Source: Nitrospirota bacterium
GTDB lineage: Bacteria > Nitrospirota > UBA9217
DNA: 43,180 nt
Direction: 5' to 3'
Assembly (NCBI GenBank): GCA_037444505.1
Contig: JBBIMH010000019.1
Coordinates: 4,206 to 47,385, forward strand
Shown here: piece by piece, positions 42,037 through 43,180 of the stretch
Layout: the number at the start of each line of letters is the position of its first letter
How positions within the stretch are numbered: position 1 is the stretch's first letter
Position numbers and translations under genes: made by a program
The notes under the pieces: model-generated
The model's database searches: none
Told to the model about the DNA's origin: nothing
What the model saw: only the letters and a program-made list of their open reading frames with translations

Positions 42037-42996
42037 TTATTTACTCAATACTTTCCGGACCTCAGCGATCACCCTGTTTCTTATCTCCTCGAACGCGCCG
42101 TCGAGCACGCAACCCGCGGCATTCTTGTGCCCGCCTCCACCGAGGGACTGCGCCGCCCTGGAGACATCCACCCTCCCCTTGGACCTGAAGCTGACCTTGT
42201 ACTGGTTCGGACCCGTCTGCCTGAACAGCACCGCGACTTCGACCCCTTTTACAGCCCTGACGAAATTGATGAAATTCTCTGTATCAGCGGCGGACGTGCC
42301 GGTCTGTTTGTAGAGCTCCTCCGTAATCACCACCCACCCTATCTGTCCGTCGCTGCTCCGCTCCATTTTAGAAAGGATATGTCCGAGCAGCTTTATCCTG
42401 GGATAGGAAAAGGACTCATAGACATTCTCCGTGACGACCCATGGATCCGCACCCGCCTCCAAAAGTTCCGCTGATATTCTCATCGAAGAAGGGGATGTAT
42501 TGGAATATCTGTAGCTGCCTGTATCCGTGAAGATCGCTGTAAACAGGCACATCGCCACATCCCTGTCGAGGCCGACCCCGAGCCCCTTGACGAGGGCATA
42601 GACCATCTCTCCTGTCGCAGCAGCCGAAGGGTCGAGCCAGGTGAGCGGCCACTCGGCAGGATTGGTGGGATGGTGGTCTATGTTTATGAGCACGCCTGCA
42701 GGATATTTGTCATTGAAAAGCCATGTCCTGGGAGGATCGCAATCGAGCACGACCAGCGTATCATACGTACCCTCGACAGGCAGGCCATGTCTTATCCTTT
42801 CAGAGCCTGGGAGGAACCTGTATATCTCGGGCACAGGATCCAGGTTATGCGCTGTGACCTTCTTGCCGAGTCTCTCGAGGCTGAGCATGAGGCCGAGCTG
42901 AGAGCCGAGCGCATCTCCATCCGGATTTTTGTGCACTGATATAAGGACATTCTCAGCCTCCTTGAGATGTGCTATGACTGTCTCAAGACCGGTCAT
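42037..42996 (-). CDS. DHH/DHHA1 bifunctional oligoribonuclease / PAP phosphatase (NrnA-like)
   Basis: HKNPDGDALGS; VLDC; IDHH; TDTG; SFRS; GGGGHKNAAG; typical position between rbfA and truB. Confidence 0.93.
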   Translation of the reverse strand: MTGLETVIAHLKEAENVLISVHKNPDGDALGSQLGLMLSLERLGKKVTAHNLDPVPEIYRFLPGSERIRHGLPVEGTYDTLVVLDCDPPRTWLFNDKYPAGVLINIDHHPTNPAEWPLTWLDPSAAATGEMVYALVKGLGVGLDRDVAMCLFTAIFTDTGSYRYSNTSPSSMRISAELLEAGADPWVVTENVYESFSYPRIKLLGHILSKMERSSDGQIGWVVITEELYKQTGTSAADTENFINFVRAVKGVEVAVLFRQTGPNQYKVSFRSKGRVDVSRAAQSLGGGGHKNAAGCVLDGAFEEIRNRVIAEVRKVLSK

Positions 42997-43180
42997 CCCC
43001 GGCGGCTCCTTTCTCCTCCTCTATCCTTCGCAAGATATCCATCATGTGTGCGCTCTTCTCCGCGGTCTCATCCAGCCTGAATATGAGCTCTGGAACGAAT
43101 TTGATCCTCATCCGCCTGCCGAGTTCGGAGCGTATGAATCTGGATGCGCTCTCGAGCCCGCGGAGGGTGTCGGCCTTGTC
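42983..43180 (-). CDS. rbfA: Ribosome-binding factor A, 3' part (5' end outside the window)
   Basis: Manual translation: ...TLRGLESASRFIRSELGRRMRIKFVPELIFRLDETAEKSAHMMDILRRI...*; canonical rbfA-DHH-truB-rpsO-pnp order. Confidence 0.92.
   Translation of the reverse strand, partial: DKADTLRGLESASRFIRSELGRRMRIKFVPELIFRLDETAEKSAHMMDILRRIEEEKGAAGDDRS

Overview
A 43-kb, GC-rich bacterial chromosome segment. Almost all genes are on the minus strand; clpC is the only intact plus-strand gene. Gene order and content resemble Nitrospirota/Desulfobacterota (inference only). Read along the minus strand from the right end: 'rbfA, DHH phosphoesterase, truB, rpsO, pnp; an FAD oxidoreductase and a stand-alone PgaB-like (GH153) protein; clpC (+); a BirA-controlled bioB-bioW-bioF-fabG-like-bioD operon; a SAM hydrolase and miaB; a HEAT-repeat / HD-GYP / diguanylate cyclase c-di-GMP module; a trehalose locus (otsA', 'treT) destroyed by IS fragments; and a PyrR-attenuated pyr/car operon. 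That operon runs directly into a heme-c sensor kinase and a sigma54 activator. Downstream are a sigma54 promoter, a ~15-heme cytochrome, an octaheme cytochrome carrying an inserted OmpA-like peptidoglycan-binding domain plus a DUF11-like domain, and lipoproteins (one NHL beta-propeller, one partial). This redox-sensing, possibly wall-anchored multiheme system is the best candidate for a novel system. Also found: a 227-bp MITE-like element in two inverted copies (ISL3-like ends, 8-bp target duplication) and three genes with apparent leaderless promoters. All calls come from reading motifs by eye; no searches were run.
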